Source: an uncultured Acidimicrobiia bacterium (lineage in GTDB: Bacteria; Actinomycetota; Acidimicrobiia; Spongiisociales; JAOTWH01). Taken from it: DNA of 64,000 nucleotides. The stretch lies in NCBI GenBank assembly GCA_964347285.1, contig CAYFYE010000001.1, forward strand, positions 20,931-84,930, read 5' to 3'. The position numbers were made by a program, and so were the translations under genes. This document shows, piece by piece, positions 1 through 9,293 of the stretch (within the stretch, counting starts at the first letter, position 1; every line of letters begins with the position of its first letter). The notes under the pieces were generated by a model. That model searched no databases. It was not told where the DNA came from and was given only the letters and a program-made list of their open reading frames with translations.

Positions 1-1
1 A

Positions 2-66
2 TCTCGACCCCGACGAGATCGCCACGCGTCTCGAGGCGATCGGCCGCTACGTCTTCCAGGAAGTCT
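2..66 (+). CDS. 3' end of an unidentified CDS (partial, begins upstream of window)
   Basis: Frame reads ...LDPDEIATRLEAIGRYVFQEV followed by TGA at 64-66; too short to identify. Confidence 0.25.
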
Positions 67-75
67 GAGGGCTGC

Positions 76-1104
76 TCAGGCTCCGGCGCCGACGGGGGCG
101 AGCGTCGCCATCTTCTCGATGAGGTCGACGACCCGGTTGGAATAACCCCACTCGTTGTCGTACCACGAGACCACCTTGACCAGATTGCCGGGGAGGACCT
201 TGGTGAGACCGGCATCGAAGATGCTGGAGTGAGGATTGCCCAGGACGTCGGTGGAGACCAGGGGTTCGTCGACGTATTCGAGGATGTCGACCAGCTCACC
301 CTCGGCGGCCGCCTTGACGGCGGCATTGACCTCTTCGACGGTGGCCGGCTTCTCCAGCTCGACCACCAGGTCGACTACCGATCCGTCCGGTACCGGAACC
401 CGCATCGCCATGCCATCGAGCTTCCCGTCGAGTTCGGGGAGCACCAGCCCCACCGCCTTGGCAGCTCCGGTGGTAGTGGGAATGATGTTCTCGGTGGCGG
501 CCCGGCTTCGCCGCAGGTCCTTGTGCGGCACGTCGGCCAGCCGCTGGTCGTTGGTGTAGGCGTGGACGGTGCTCATGACACCCCGCTTGATGCCGAAAGC
601 GTCGTGGAGGACCTTGGCCAGCGGAGCCAGGCAGTTGGTGGTGCACGAGGCGTTCGACACGATGAGGTCGCCCTCGTCGAGGGTGTCCTCGTTGACGCCG
701 AGGACCACAGTGGCGTCGACCGGATCCTTGGAGGGCACGGTCAGCACGACCGCCTTCGCTCCGGCCTCGAGGTGCTTGCTCAGCGAAGCGCGATCGCGAA
801 ACACGCCGGTCGACTCGACGACGATGTTCACCTCGAGGTCCCTCCAGGGCAGTCGGGCCGGGTCAGACTCCATCAGCATGCGTACGGTGTGGCCTCCGGC
901 GGTCATGACGCCGTCGCCGACGTCCACCCGGCCGGGAAAGCGCCCCATGACCGTGTCGTATTTGAGCAGATATGCCAGCGTGTCGTCGTCGGCCAGGTCG
1001 TTGATGGCAACCACGTCGAGGCCGGACTCCGGCCGCTCGGCGATCACCCGAAAGACCGCTCTGCCGATGCGCCCGAACCCGTTGATGGCGACTCTCGTGC
1101 TCAT
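76..1104 (-). CDS. gap: glyceraldehyde-3-phosphate dehydrogenase (type I, canonical)
   Basis: 342 aa; NAD-binding INGFGRIGR; catalytic motif SNASCTTNCLAP; catalytic His in STVHAYT; WYDNEWGYS C-terminus; SD GAGGAGGTG upstream. Confidence 0.92.
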   Translation of the reverse strand: MSTRVAINGFGRIGRAVFRVIAERPESGLDVVAINDLADDDTLAYLLKYDTVMGRFPGRVDVGDGVMTAGGHTVRMLMESDPARLPWRDLEVNIVVESTGVFRDRASLSKHLEAGAKAVVLTVPSKDPVDATVVLGVNEDTLDEGDLIVSNASCTTNCLAPLAKVLHDAFGIKRGVMSTVHAYTNDQRLADVPHKDLRRSRAATENIIPTTTGAAKAVGLVLPELDGKLDGMAMRVPVPDGSVVDLVVELEKPATVEEVNAAVKAAAEGELVDILEYVDEPLVSTDVLGNPHSSIFDAGLTKVLPGNLVKVVSWYDNEWGYSNRVVDLIEKMATLAPVGAGA

Positions 1105-2138
1105 GCGCCCACCTCCTCAGGCACCGGCCCCATAGTCTTCATTCGCTTGATGGTCTCGACGATGCGGGCCGCATACCCCCAACCGTTGTCGAACCAGACG
1201 ATCGCCTTGATCATCGTCCCGTCCATGACCATGGTGGCCAGGCCGTCGTAGACCCCGGAGGCGTCGTGGCCGACGACGTCGCTGGAGACGATGGGATCGC
1301 TCACGTATTCGATGATCCTCGGGAATCGCTCGGCGGCCGCCTTCTCGATTGCCTTGTTCACCTCCTCCACGGTGGTGGCCCGGGAGACCATTGCGGTGAG
1401 ATCGATCGCCGATCCGTCCGGCACCGGAACGTTGAGCGCCATAGCCTCCAGCTTTCCCTGCAGCTGGGGCAGTACCTGCTCCAGGATCTGGGGCGAATTG
1501 GTGTCTCCCGGGATGATGTTCTCGCCGGCGGCCCGACTGCTCCTCATTCCCGGGCTGGGGACGTCGGCCAGCCGCTCCTGGTTGGTGAAGGCGTGCACGG
1601 TGGTGAAGAAGGCCTGCTCCAGGCCGAACTCGCCGTCGAGCGTCTCCAGGATCGGTGCCAACGCGTTCGAGGTGTTGGAGCCGAGCGCGATGATGCGTAT
1701 GTCGGGCGTGAGTACCTCGTCGTTCACGCCGGAAAGCAGGATGGGGATGTCGCCCGGCTCTTCCGGAGTCGACGCCAGAATCACCCGGGCCGCTCCCACC
1801 TCGAGATGACGCCGGCACCACTCGGCCGTGCGGTATTTGCCGGTGGCCTGGATCACCACCTCGACGCCGAAGTCGGCCCAGTCCACATCACCCGGCTCGG
1901 CGGCCCCGACGATGGGGATCGAGGATCCCCCGACCAGCAGTTGAGTGTCGCTGAGCTCGACGAGCTCTGGGAACCGTCCGTAGATGGTGTCGAACTTCAG
2001 TAGATAGGCGAGCGATTGCGGCTCGGCCACGTCGACGATGGCCCGAACGTCGACGTCGGGATGGGACCGGAGCTGCCGGAACACGTTGCGCCCGATCCTC
2101 CCAAAACCCATCAGCCCAACACGGATGTCGTCGGCCAT
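1101..2138 (-). CDS. GAPDH-family paralogue lacking catalytic Cys (predicted non-catalytic or altered chemistry)
   Basis: Start chosen at MADDIRVGLMGFGRIGR (ATG 2138, SD GGAGAGG). Full GAPDH fold with WFDNGWGY, but active-site motif reads LGSNTSNALAP (Cys->Asn, second Cys->Ala) and the phosphate-site TTTGAAKA is replaced by GDTNSPQ. Stop overlaps gap start (ATGA). Confidence 0.8.
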   Translation of the reverse strand: MADDIRVGLMGFGRIGRNVFRQLRSHPDVDVRAIVDVAEPQSLAYLLKFDTIYGRFPELVELSDTQLLVGGSSIPIVGAAEPGDVDWADFGVEVVIQATGKYRTAEWCRRHLEVGAARVILASTPEEPGDIPILLSGVNDEVLTPDIRIIALGSNTSNALAPILETLDGEFGLEQAFFTTVHAFTNQERLADVPSPGMRSSRAAGENIIPGDTNSPQILEQVLPQLQGKLEAMALNVPVPDGSAIDLTAMVSRATTVEEVNKAIEKAAAERFPRIIEYVSDPIVSSDVVGHDASGVYDGLATMVMDGTMIKAIVWFDNGWGYAARIVETIKRMKTMGPVPEEVGA

Positions 2139-2260
2139 AGAAGTCCTCTCCACTCGTGAATCGATCGCACAGTAACCGCGGCGCCGGGCCGGGAAAAGAC
2201 GGCATTTCGCGGCGTGATAGCGTGAGTGCACCCGCCGCCTCCGGGAAGGAGCCGATTGCC

Positions 2261-3445
2261 ATGAAGCTTCCTCAGCTCGACGACCTCCCGGTGGCCGGCA
2301 AGCGGGTGCTGGTACGCGCCGACCTGAACGTTCCGCTCGAAGATGGACGGGTCGCAGACGACTTCCGCATCCTGTCCAGCCTGCCCACCATCCGCCACCT
2401 TCTCGACGCCGGTGCCGAGGTGGTCCTCTGCAGTCATCTGGGACGTCCGAAGGGCCCCGATCCCGAGCTGCGCATGGATCCGGTGGCGGCTCGCCTCGGG
2501 GAGCTGGGTGGATTCGCCGTGCTCAAGGCGGACGACGTGGCCGGCCTTGCCGCCAAGAAGGCCGTGGCTACCGTCGAGCCCGGCGAGGTGGTGATGCTCG
2601 AGAACACTCGTTTCGAGGAAGGGGAGACCCGCAACGACCCGAAGCTGGCCGATGCCCTGGCCGCCCTCGCCGACCTGTTCGTACTCGATGCCTTTGGATC
2701 CGCGCATCGGGCCCATGCCTCGACGGTCGGCGTGGCCGAACGTCTCCGGTCGGCGGCCGGGCTTCTGGTGGCGGCTGAGGTGGAAGCGCTGTCCCGGCTC
2801 CTGGGCCGGCCCGACCGTCCCTACGTGGTGGTGTTGGGGGGTGCCAAGGTCTCCGACAAGCTCGGCGTCATCAGGGCGCTGCTTCCCAAGGTGGACGCCA
2901 TGCTGGTGGGAGGGGGCATGTGCTTCACGCTGTTGAAGGCCGACGGCTACGAGGTGGGCAAGTCGCTGGTCGAGGGTGGGATGATCGATGAGGTACACGA
3001 CGTGTTGAGAGGACCGAGCGGAGGCAAGGTGATGCTGCCGATCGACGTGGTCGGAGCAGAGCGTTTCGCCGCAGATGCCGTTCCGAGCGACGTCTCGACC
3101 CACGACATCCCCAAGAGGGTGGTCGGTCTGGACATCGGTCCGGAAACCGCCCGGCAATTCCGGGCCATCATCGGCAACGCCGAGAACCTGTTCTGGAACG
3201 GGCCGATGGGCGTCTTCGAATGGGAGCCGTTTCGTCGGGGCACGAGGGAGGTCGCCGAGGCGGTGGCGGAATGTCCCGGTTTCACCGTGGTGGGCGGAGG
3301 CGATACGGTTGCGGCGATGCGCATGTTCGGGCTCGAGGACCGGGTGAACCACGCCTCGACCGGCGGGGGGGCCGGCTTGGAGATGTTGGAGGGCAAGAGG
3401 CTGCCCGGACTGGCCGCGTTGGAGCGGTGGGCCGATGGCGCGTAA
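2261..3445 (+). CDS. pgk: phosphoglycerate kinase
   Basis: Start MKLPQLDDLPVAGKRVLVRADLNVP with SD GGAAGGAG; the upstream part of the 429-aa ORF has no homology; PGK motifs throughout. Confidence 0.9.
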   Translation: MKLPQLDDLPVAGKRVLVRADLNVPLEDGRVADDFRILSSLPTIRHLLDAGAEVVLCSHLGRPKGPDPELRMDPVAARLGELGGFAVLKADDVAGLAAKKAVATVEPGEVVMLENTRFEEGETRNDPKLADALAALADLFVLDAFGSAHRAHASTVGVAERLRSAAGLLVAAEVEALSRLLGRPDRPYVVVLGGAKVSDKLGVIRALLPKVDAMLVGGGMCFTLLKADGYEVGKSLVEGGMIDEVHDVLRGPSGGKVMLPIDVVGAERFAADAVPSDVSTHDIPKRVVGLDIGPETARQFRAIIGNAENLFWNGPMGVFEWEPFRRGTREVAEAVAECPGFTVVGGGDTVAAMRMFGLEDRVNHASTGGGAGLEMLEGKRLPGLAALERWADGA

Positions 3446-4202
3446 GGACCTCATCGCCGGCAACTGGAAGATGAATGCCACCCATCTCGAAGCGATCCAG
3501 ATGGTGCAGAAGCTCAGCTACCGCCTCGACCACCCCGACTACGACCGGGTGGATGTGGTCGTTTGTCCCCCGTTCACGGCACTGCGCTCGGTGCAAACGG
3601 TCATCGAATCTGACCATTTGCGCATGCGCCTCGGCGCTCAGAACACCTACTGGGAGGAGAAGGGGGCGTTCACCGGTGAGGTGTCGCCTCCGATGCTGGC
3701 CAAGCTGGGGGTGGAGTTCGTGATCGTCGGCCACTCCGAGCGACGCCAGATCTTTGGTGAAGACGACACCGCCGTCAATCGCAAGGTCAAAGCGGTGATG
3801 GCGGCCGGCATGACGCCGATCATGGCGGTGGGGGAGACACTGGAGGAGCGCGAGGAGGGGGTCACCGAGGCCAAGGTCGGCTCCCAGGTCCGGGCCGGTT
3901 TGCGGGGCCTCGATGCCGAGGCGGTGGCCGGCATGGTGATCGCCTACGAGCCGATCTGGGCGATCGGCACCGGCCGCAATGCCAGCCCTGACGATGCCGG
4001 AGCGGTGTGTTCCTTCATTCGGAGCGAGGTCGAGGCCAAGTTCCCGGGGGCCGGGGGAGAGTTGCGCATCCTGTACGGAGGGTCGATCAATCCGGGGAAC
4101 ATCGCCGGCTTCATGGCCAAGAAGGACATCGACGGCGGCCTGGTCGGCGGAGCCTCGCTGGACCCGGACACGTTTGCCTCTGTGATCAGGTACTGGGTGT
4201 GA
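3435..4202 (+). CDS. tpiA: triosephosphate isomerase
   Basis: [14 protein letters not shown]..., AIGTGR, YGGS motifs; 11-nt overlap with pgk. Confidence 0.92.
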   Translation: MARKDLIAGNWKMNATHLEAIQMVQKLSYRLDHPDYDRVDVVVCPPFTALRSVQTVIESDHLRMRLGAQNTYWEEKGAFTGEVSPPMLAKLGVEFVIVGHSERRQIFGEDDTAVNRKVKAVMAAGMTPIMAVGETLEEREEGVTEAKVGSQVRAGLRGLDAEAVAGMVIAYEPIWAIGTGRNASPDDAGAVCSFIRSEVEAKFPGAGGELRILYGGSINPGNIAGFMAKKDIDGGLVGGASLDPDTFASVIRYWV

Positions 4203-4942
4203 TGGATCTGGTGATGATCCGCCACGGCGAGTCCACCTGGAACCGGGAAAACCGGTTCACGGGTTGGACCGATGTTCCCCTCAACGAGGCCGGCATCGCC
4301 GAGGCCCACGAGGCGGCCCGGCTGCTCACCGCCGAGGGGATGAGCTTCGACGTGGCCCACACTTCGGTGCTGAAGCGGGCGATTCACACCCTCGACATCG
4401 TGCTGGCCGACATGGATCTGTCGTGGATCCCGGTCCGCAAGCACTGGCGCCTCAACGAGCGCCACTACGGGGCGCTTCAGGGCCTCAACAAGGCCGAGAC
4501 GGCTCGCGAGCACGGCGAGGAGCAGGTCCACGTGTGGCGTCGCTCGTACGACGTCTCGCCCCCGCCCCTCGATGTAGACGACGATCGCCATCCCCGCCAC
4601 GATCCCCGCTACCGGTGGATGCCCCCCGACCTGTTGCCGGCCACCGAGTGCCTCGCCGACGTGGTCGATCGGATGCTGCCCTACTGGCACGATGCCGTCG
4701 TCCCCGACCTGCGCCGAGGCGACCGGGTGCTCATCGCCGCCCACGGCAACAGCCTGCGGGCCCTGGTAAAGCACCTCGACGGCATCTCCGATGCCGACAT
4801 CCCCGCCCTGAACATCCCTACCGGGGTCCCGCTGGTGTATCGGCTCGACGATGATCTGCAGCCGGTCGATCACCGCTATCTGGGGGACCCCGAGGCGGTA
4901 GCCGCCGCCGCCCGAGCCGTGGCGGAACAGGCCAAGGGCTGA
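4202..4942 (+). CDS. gpmA: 2,3-bisphosphoglycerate-dependent phosphoglycerate mutase
   Basis: [27 protein letters not shown] (RHGE phosphohistidine motif); start overlaps tpiA stop (TGATG); earlier part of the ORF is out of context. Confidence 0.85.
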   Translation: MDLVMIRHGESTWNRENRFTGWTDVPLNEAGIAEAHEAARLLTAEGMSFDVAHTSVLKRAIHTLDIVLADMDLSWIPVRKHWRLNERHYGALQGLNKAETAREHGEEQVHVWRRSYDVSPPPLDVDDDRHPRHDPRYRWMPPDLLPATECLADVVDRMLPYWHDAVVPDLRRGDRVLIAAHGNSLRALVKHLDGISDADIPALNIPTGVPLVYRLDDDLQPVDHRYLGDPEAVAAAARAVAEQAKG

Positions 4943-5108
4943 TAGGAGCCCGACCCGCCCGTGACTTGACCGGTCAGGCCGCGAAGTCCATACTTCTTCT
5001 TACATCCTGCGTTGTAGGCAGGATCTCGAGGATCTACACAACATCTACGGAAGTTGCGGCCGAGCCTGCATCGTCGGCAGGAAGGGTCGTCAACGAAAGG
5101 GGCTCGCC

Positions 5109-5342
5109 CTGCTCACAGCCGTCGTTGCCGTCATCCACGGCCTCGTCTCCATCCTGCTCATCGTGCTCGTGCTGCTCCACAGCGGCCGGGGCGGTGGCCT
5201 GTCCGACATGTTCGGAGGAGGGATGGGGCCGGCCGGAGGCATAGGCGCCACGGTGGTAGAGCGCAACCTGGACCGGATAACCGTGGCGACGGCGATCCTG
5301 TTCGCCATCACCACCATCGTCCTTTCCCTCTTGCTGAACTAG
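5109..5342 (+). CDS. secG: preprotein translocase subunit SecG
   Basis: Frame reads (L)LTAVVAVIHGLVSILLIVLVLLHSGRGGGLSDMFGGGMGPAGGIGATVVERNLDRITVATAILFAITTIVLSLLLN, a strong match to actinobacterial SecG. No ATG/GTG/TTG in frame before the first TM helix; CTG at 5109 sits 6 nt after AAAGGGG. Start uncertain. Confidence 0.6.
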   Translation: MLTAVVAVIHGLVSILLIVLVLLHSGRGGGLSDMFGGGMGPAGGIGATVVERNLDRITVATAILFAITTIVLSLLLN

Positions 5343-5380
5343 GGCAGCCCTCAACACAAGCGATACACGGAGGAAGGCTT

Positions 5381-7285
5381 TTGAGATCAACCAGATTGCG
5401 ATGGCGCCTCCTCGCGGCCCTGTTCGCATTGGCCGTCGTGGCCGCTGCCTGCGGCGACACGGCCGAGACGACCACCACCGCAGCGGAGGAAGAACCCCCC
5501 GCCACGGAGGCACCGGCCGAGACCGAGGCGCCTGCAGAGACCGAGGCTCCGGCCGAGACCGAGGCCCCGGCCGAGCCGGCCGGCTACTGCGCCGGCAGCG
5601 TCGAGGAGCCTCTGCTGTGGGCCCACGAGCAGGAGCCGTCGAGCTGGCAGTACAACGACCCCGAGCACCAGCTGGCCGTCACCTCATGGCTGACCCAGGC
5701 CATGTGGGACGGTCTTTACGGAGACGCCTCTTCGGTGACGTTCTACCCGGAGATGGTGGCTGGTGAGGCCGAGGTCACGGTCAACGACGACGGCTCGGTC
5801 ACCATCGCCTACACGCTGCGGGACGGCCTGGTGTGGTCGGACGGCGAGCCGTTCACCCCCGAAGACGTGCAGTTCTACCAGGAACTGATCATGGCCGAAG
5901 GCGAGCCCGACGAAGAGGGCAACCCGACGTTCCCCTTCCCGTTCGCCGACCGGACCGGCTACGACCTGGTCACCGACTTCCGGATCCTCTCGGACACCCA
6001 GTTCGAGATCGATTTCTCGGCGTTCTACTCGGGCTGGAAGGGACTGTACCAGATCGTGCCTCCGGCCCACTCCTTCGAGGGCCTGACCCCCGAAGAGGTC
6101 AACGAGGCCTGGGGCAACTGGGTCGACAAGGACGGCAACACCCTCCCGTCGACCGGCCCGATGGTCCTGAGCGAGTGGAATCCGGGCGTTTCGGTCGTCA
6201 TGGACCGCAACGACAGCTATCACGGCAGCGTCAGCCCCGACGTCGAGAACGACGGAATCGCCTGCGTCTCGGGCATGCAGATGAACGTGGTCCCCGATAC
6301 CGATGCCCAGATCAATGCGATCAGGGCCGGTGAGGCCCACATCATCCACACCCAGCCGCAGCTCGAGTTCGAAGAGCTGGTGGAAGACCCCCAGTTCGTG
6401 AGCGCGGTGCGCCCCGGCCCGGTCTTCGAGCACTGGGGCTTGAACCTGTGCAACACCCACTTCAGCGATTCGCTGGTGCGTGAGGGCTTCGCCTACCTGT
6501 TCGACAAGGCCCAGGTGGTCGAGACCCTGTACGCCCGGGTGTTCGGAGAGGGCACGCTGGATGCCGACGGCCTGTGGAACACGTTCTTCATGCCCAACCA
6601 GCAGCCGTACTACGAGCAGCACGGCTTCGAGTACGCCGGCAACAACGTCGACGCGGCCGCGGCCAAGTTCGAGGAAGCCGGCTACACCCTCGGCGGTGAC
6701 GGAATCTACGAGCATCCCGAGCGGGGCCGCCTGTCGTTGCGGGTGGGCACCACCGGTGGCAACACCCTGCGCGAGCTGCAGCAGCAGGTCCTGCAGGCCC
6801 AGTTCGCCGCCGGCGGGGTCGAGATCGTCATCGACAACGTCCCCGGCTCGGCGTACTTCAGCGAAGTGCCGTTCTCCGAAGAGGCCATGGCGGCCGCGTT
6901 CAGCGACTGCGCCGAAGGCGACCCGACGATCTGGGACATCACCCAGTTCGCCTGGGTCGGCGGCCCGTGGCCGGGCGGTCAGGTCGGTGCCTACCGCTGT
7001 GACGGCTTCGGCCCGTACGGCTTCTGCAACGACGCCTACGACACGCTCGCCGACGAGTGCGACCAGACCGTCGACGAGGCGGAGCGCAACGCCTGCTACA
7101 ACGAGTTGGACAGGTACGCGACGACTCTGGAGCAGGGTGACGACGGCCTCTTCATACTGCCGATCACCCAGAAGCCGGATACGTACTTCTTCGATTCCGA
7201 GGCGCTGAGCGCCGCCGGCGTTTCGCCGGATACCAACAACGGTGGTCCGATCTCGAACATCGTCGACTTCAAGATCAACGGCTAG
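5381..7285 (+). CDS. ABC transporter substrate-binding lipoprotein, family 5 (peptide/nickel type)
   Basis: TTG start at 5381 behind SD GGAGGAAGG. Signal peptide with lipobox LAVVAAAC. Low-complexity (PAETEA)n linker, then SBP_bac_5-like domain. Followed by cognate permeases and ATPases. Confidence 0.8.
   Translation: MRSTRLRWRLLAALFALAVVAAACGDTAETTTTAAEEEPPATEAPAETEAPAETEAPAETEAPAEPAGYCAGSVEEPLLWAHEQEPSSWQYNDPEHQLAVTSWLTQAMWDGLYGDASSVTFYPEMVAGEAEVTVNDDGSVTIAYTLRDGLVWSDGEPFTPEDVQFYQELIMAEGEPDEEGNPTFPFPFADRTGYDLVTDFRILSDTQFEIDFSAFYSGWKGLYQIVPPAHSFEGLTPEEVNEAWGNWVDKDGNTLPSTGPMVLSEWNPGVSVVMDRNDSYHGSVSPDVENDGIACVSGMQMNVVPDTDAQINAIRAGEAHIIHTQPQLEFEELVEDPQFVSAVRPGPVFEHWGLNLCNTHFSDSLVREGFAYLFDKAQVVETLYARVFGEGTLDADGLWNTFFMPNQQPYYEQHGFEYAGNNVDAAAAKFEEAGYTLGGDGIYEHPERGRLSLRVGTTGGNTLRELQQQVLQAQFAAGGVEIVIDNVPGSAYFSEVPFSEEAMAAAFSDCAEGDPTIWDITQFAWVGGPWPGGQVGAYRCDGFGPYGFCNDAYDTLADECDQTVDEAERNACYNELDRYATTLEQGDDGLFILPITQKPDTYFFDSEALSAAGVSPDTNNGGPISNIVDFKING
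5501..5578 (+). repeat. in-frame 18-bp tandem repeat (about 4 units) encoding the (A)PAETEA linker of the lipoprotein SBP
   Basis: accgaggcNccNgcNgag repeated; protein ATEAPAETEAPAETEAPAETEAPAEP. Confidence 0.7.
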
Positions 7286-7405
7286 CACCGGCCACCGACA
7301 CGATCGAAGAGGGGCCCCTCGGGGCCCCTCTTCTCTCTGGGCGACCCACACGGGTGAGGACCGGGGTGGGTAAACTGCCGCCAGTACGCGAAAGTCGGGT
7401 TCGGT

Positions 7406-8368
7406 ATGCTCGCCTATGCAACGCGGCGGATTCTGGCCACGATTCCTCTGTTGCTGATCGCCACGTTCATCATCTTCTGGCTGGTCTCCATTTCCAACGA
7501 CCCGCGCGCCAAGCTGGCGGCCTGCACGACCTGCGATCCGGAGGCCTACGAGCGGATCGCGGAGCTGTACGAGCTCGACAAGCCCATCCCGCTGCGCTAC
7601 GTAGGCTGGCTGGGCGACTTCGTGACCGGCGACTTCGGGACGGCGATCTCGATCAACGACTTCCCGGTGTCGGAGGTGGTCTGGGAGCGGGCCAAGAACA
7701 CGGCGCTGATGGCCATCCCCGCCTTCTTCCTCATCGCCATAACGGCGGTGGTTCTGGGGGTGTATTCGGCGGTCCGCCAGTACTCCTACGGGGATTACGC
7801 CATCACCGGCTTCTCGTTCCTGGGCATCTCGATGCCCACCTTCTTCTTCGGCCTGCTCCTGCAGGTGGTGTTCGTCGTGTGGTGGCAGGACGTTTTCGGA
7901 TTACCGAAGTTCTTCTACGCGACCGGGCTCCACAACGAGGGCCTGCTCGACTGGGTGAAGTCGCTGACCCTGCCGGTGATCACGCTGATGCTGGTCTTTG
8001 TGGCCGCGGAGAGCCGCTTCATGCGGGCCGCCATGCTGGAGGTGATCCACTCCGACTACATCCGCACGTCGCGGGCCAAAGGGCTCAGCGAGCGCCGGGT
8101 GATCTTCAAGCACGCCCTGCGCAATGCTCTCATCCCGCTGGTGACCATCTGGGCCCTCGACTTCGCCGCCCTGCTGGGCGGAGCGGTGATCACCGAGACG
8201 GTGTTCGCCTGGCCGGGACTGGGCCGGCTGCTCATCAGCAGCATCTTCGCCCAGGACCTCGACCTGGTGATGGCGATCACGATCTTCCTGGGATTGCTGG
8301 TGATCGCGTTCAACCTGCTCGCCGACCTGCTGTACGGCGTCCTCGACCCCCGAATACGCTATGACTGA
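7406..8368 (+). CDS. ABC transporter permease (DppB/OppB family)
   Basis: MLAYATRRILATIPLLLIATFIIFWL...; EAA-like loop SRAKGLSERRVIFKHALRNA; 6 TM. Confidence 0.85.
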   Translation: MLAYATRRILATIPLLLIATFIIFWLVSISNDPRAKLAACTTCDPEAYERIAELYELDKPIPLRYVGWLGDFVTGDFGTAISINDFPVSEVVWERAKNTALMAIPAFFLIAITAVVLGVYSAVRQYSYGDYAITGFSFLGISMPTFFFGLLLQVVFVVWWQDVFGLPKFFYATGLHNEGLLDWVKSLTLPVITLMLVFVAAESRFMRAAMLEVIHSDYIRTSRAKGLSERRVIFKHALRNALIPLVTIWALDFAALLGGAVITETVFAWPGLGRLLISSIFAQDLDLVMAITIFLGLLVIAFNLLADLLYGVLDPRIRYD

Positions 8369-9287
8369 GATCAAGGATCGCCCCGAGACCGTCGCCGAGG
8401 CGGTCGCCCTCGACGAGGCCGAAGGCCTCGTCGTCAAGGGCCGCAGCTTCGGCCGGCAGACCTGGGACCGGTTCCGGCGTCACAAGATCGCCATGGTGGC
8501 GGCGGTGGTGCTGGTACTGCTCACCCTGGCCTTCTGGCTGGGCCCGATCTTCTCGCCGTGGGAGTTCACCGAGCTGACGCCGGACTTCGCCGCCGGCCCC
8601 AGCCTGGAACACCCCTTCGGGACCGACGACATCGGTCGCGACCTCATGGTCCGCACGTTCCATGGAGGGCGCTTCTCGTTGCGGATCGCCCTCACCGTGG
8701 CCCTGCTGACTACCGCCATCGGGGCGTTCATCGGGGCGGTGGCCGGCTACTTCGGCAAGACCGTCGATATCTTCGTCTCCCAGATCATCAACCTGTTCCT
8801 GGTCGTCCCCGCCTTCGTCATCCTGTTGGTGGTGGCGGTGAAGTGGGGATCGTCGCCAAACGGCATCGCCATCCTGCTGGCGCTGTTGCTGTGGCCGACG
8901 ATCGCCCGTGTGGTGCGGGGCCTGGTGCTCCAGTACAAGGAGCAGGAATTCGTCATGGCGGCCAAAGCGGCCGGGGCGGGATCGATGCGCATCATGTTCC
9001 GCCACATCCTTCCCAACACGTTCGGGCCCATCATCGTCAATGCCACCCTGCTCATTGCGGTCGCCATCATCCTGGAGAGCACGCTGTCCTTCCTCGCACT
9101 GGGGGTGCGTCCCCCCACCCCGACGCTGGGCAACCTGGTGGAGGAGGCCAAGGGCTCCATCGACAACGACCCGTTGCGCATCCTCATCCCGGGCGGCTTC
9201 GTCGTCGCGATCGCGCTGTGCATCAACTTCCTCGGCGACGGCTTGCGGGATGCGCTCGACCCCACCTCGCGCCGGGTCCGGGAGTAG
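8361..9287 (+). CDS. ABC transporter permease (DppC/OppC family)
   Basis: N-terminal TM then GTDDIGRDL motif; [22 protein letters not shown] loop; overlaps upstream permease by 8 nt. Confidence 0.85.
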   Translation: MTEIKDRPETVAEAVALDEAEGLVVKGRSFGRQTWDRFRRHKIAMVAAVVLVLLTLAFWLGPIFSPWEFTELTPDFAAGPSLEHPFGTDDIGRDLMVRTFHGGRFSLRIALTVALLTTAIGAFIGAVAGYFGKTVDIFVSQIINLFLVVPAFVILLVVAVKWGSSPNGIAILLALLLWPTIARVVRGLVLQYKEQEFVMAAKAAGAGSMRIMFRHILPNTFGPIIVNATLLIAVAIILESTLSFLALGVRPPTPTLGNLVEEAKGSIDNDPLRILIPGGFVVAIALCINFLGDGLRDALDPTSRRVRE

Positions 9288-9293
9288 CTCCGG

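Noticed and set aside
4966-5244. 92-aa Ser/Cys-rich ORF in the secG region
   Set aside because: Wrong frame. The overlapping frame encodes a textbook SecG sequence
5684-7351. 555-aa ORF on the minus strand
   Set aside because: Entirely antisense to the well-supported lipoprotein SBP gene; no domain signal; GC-artefact
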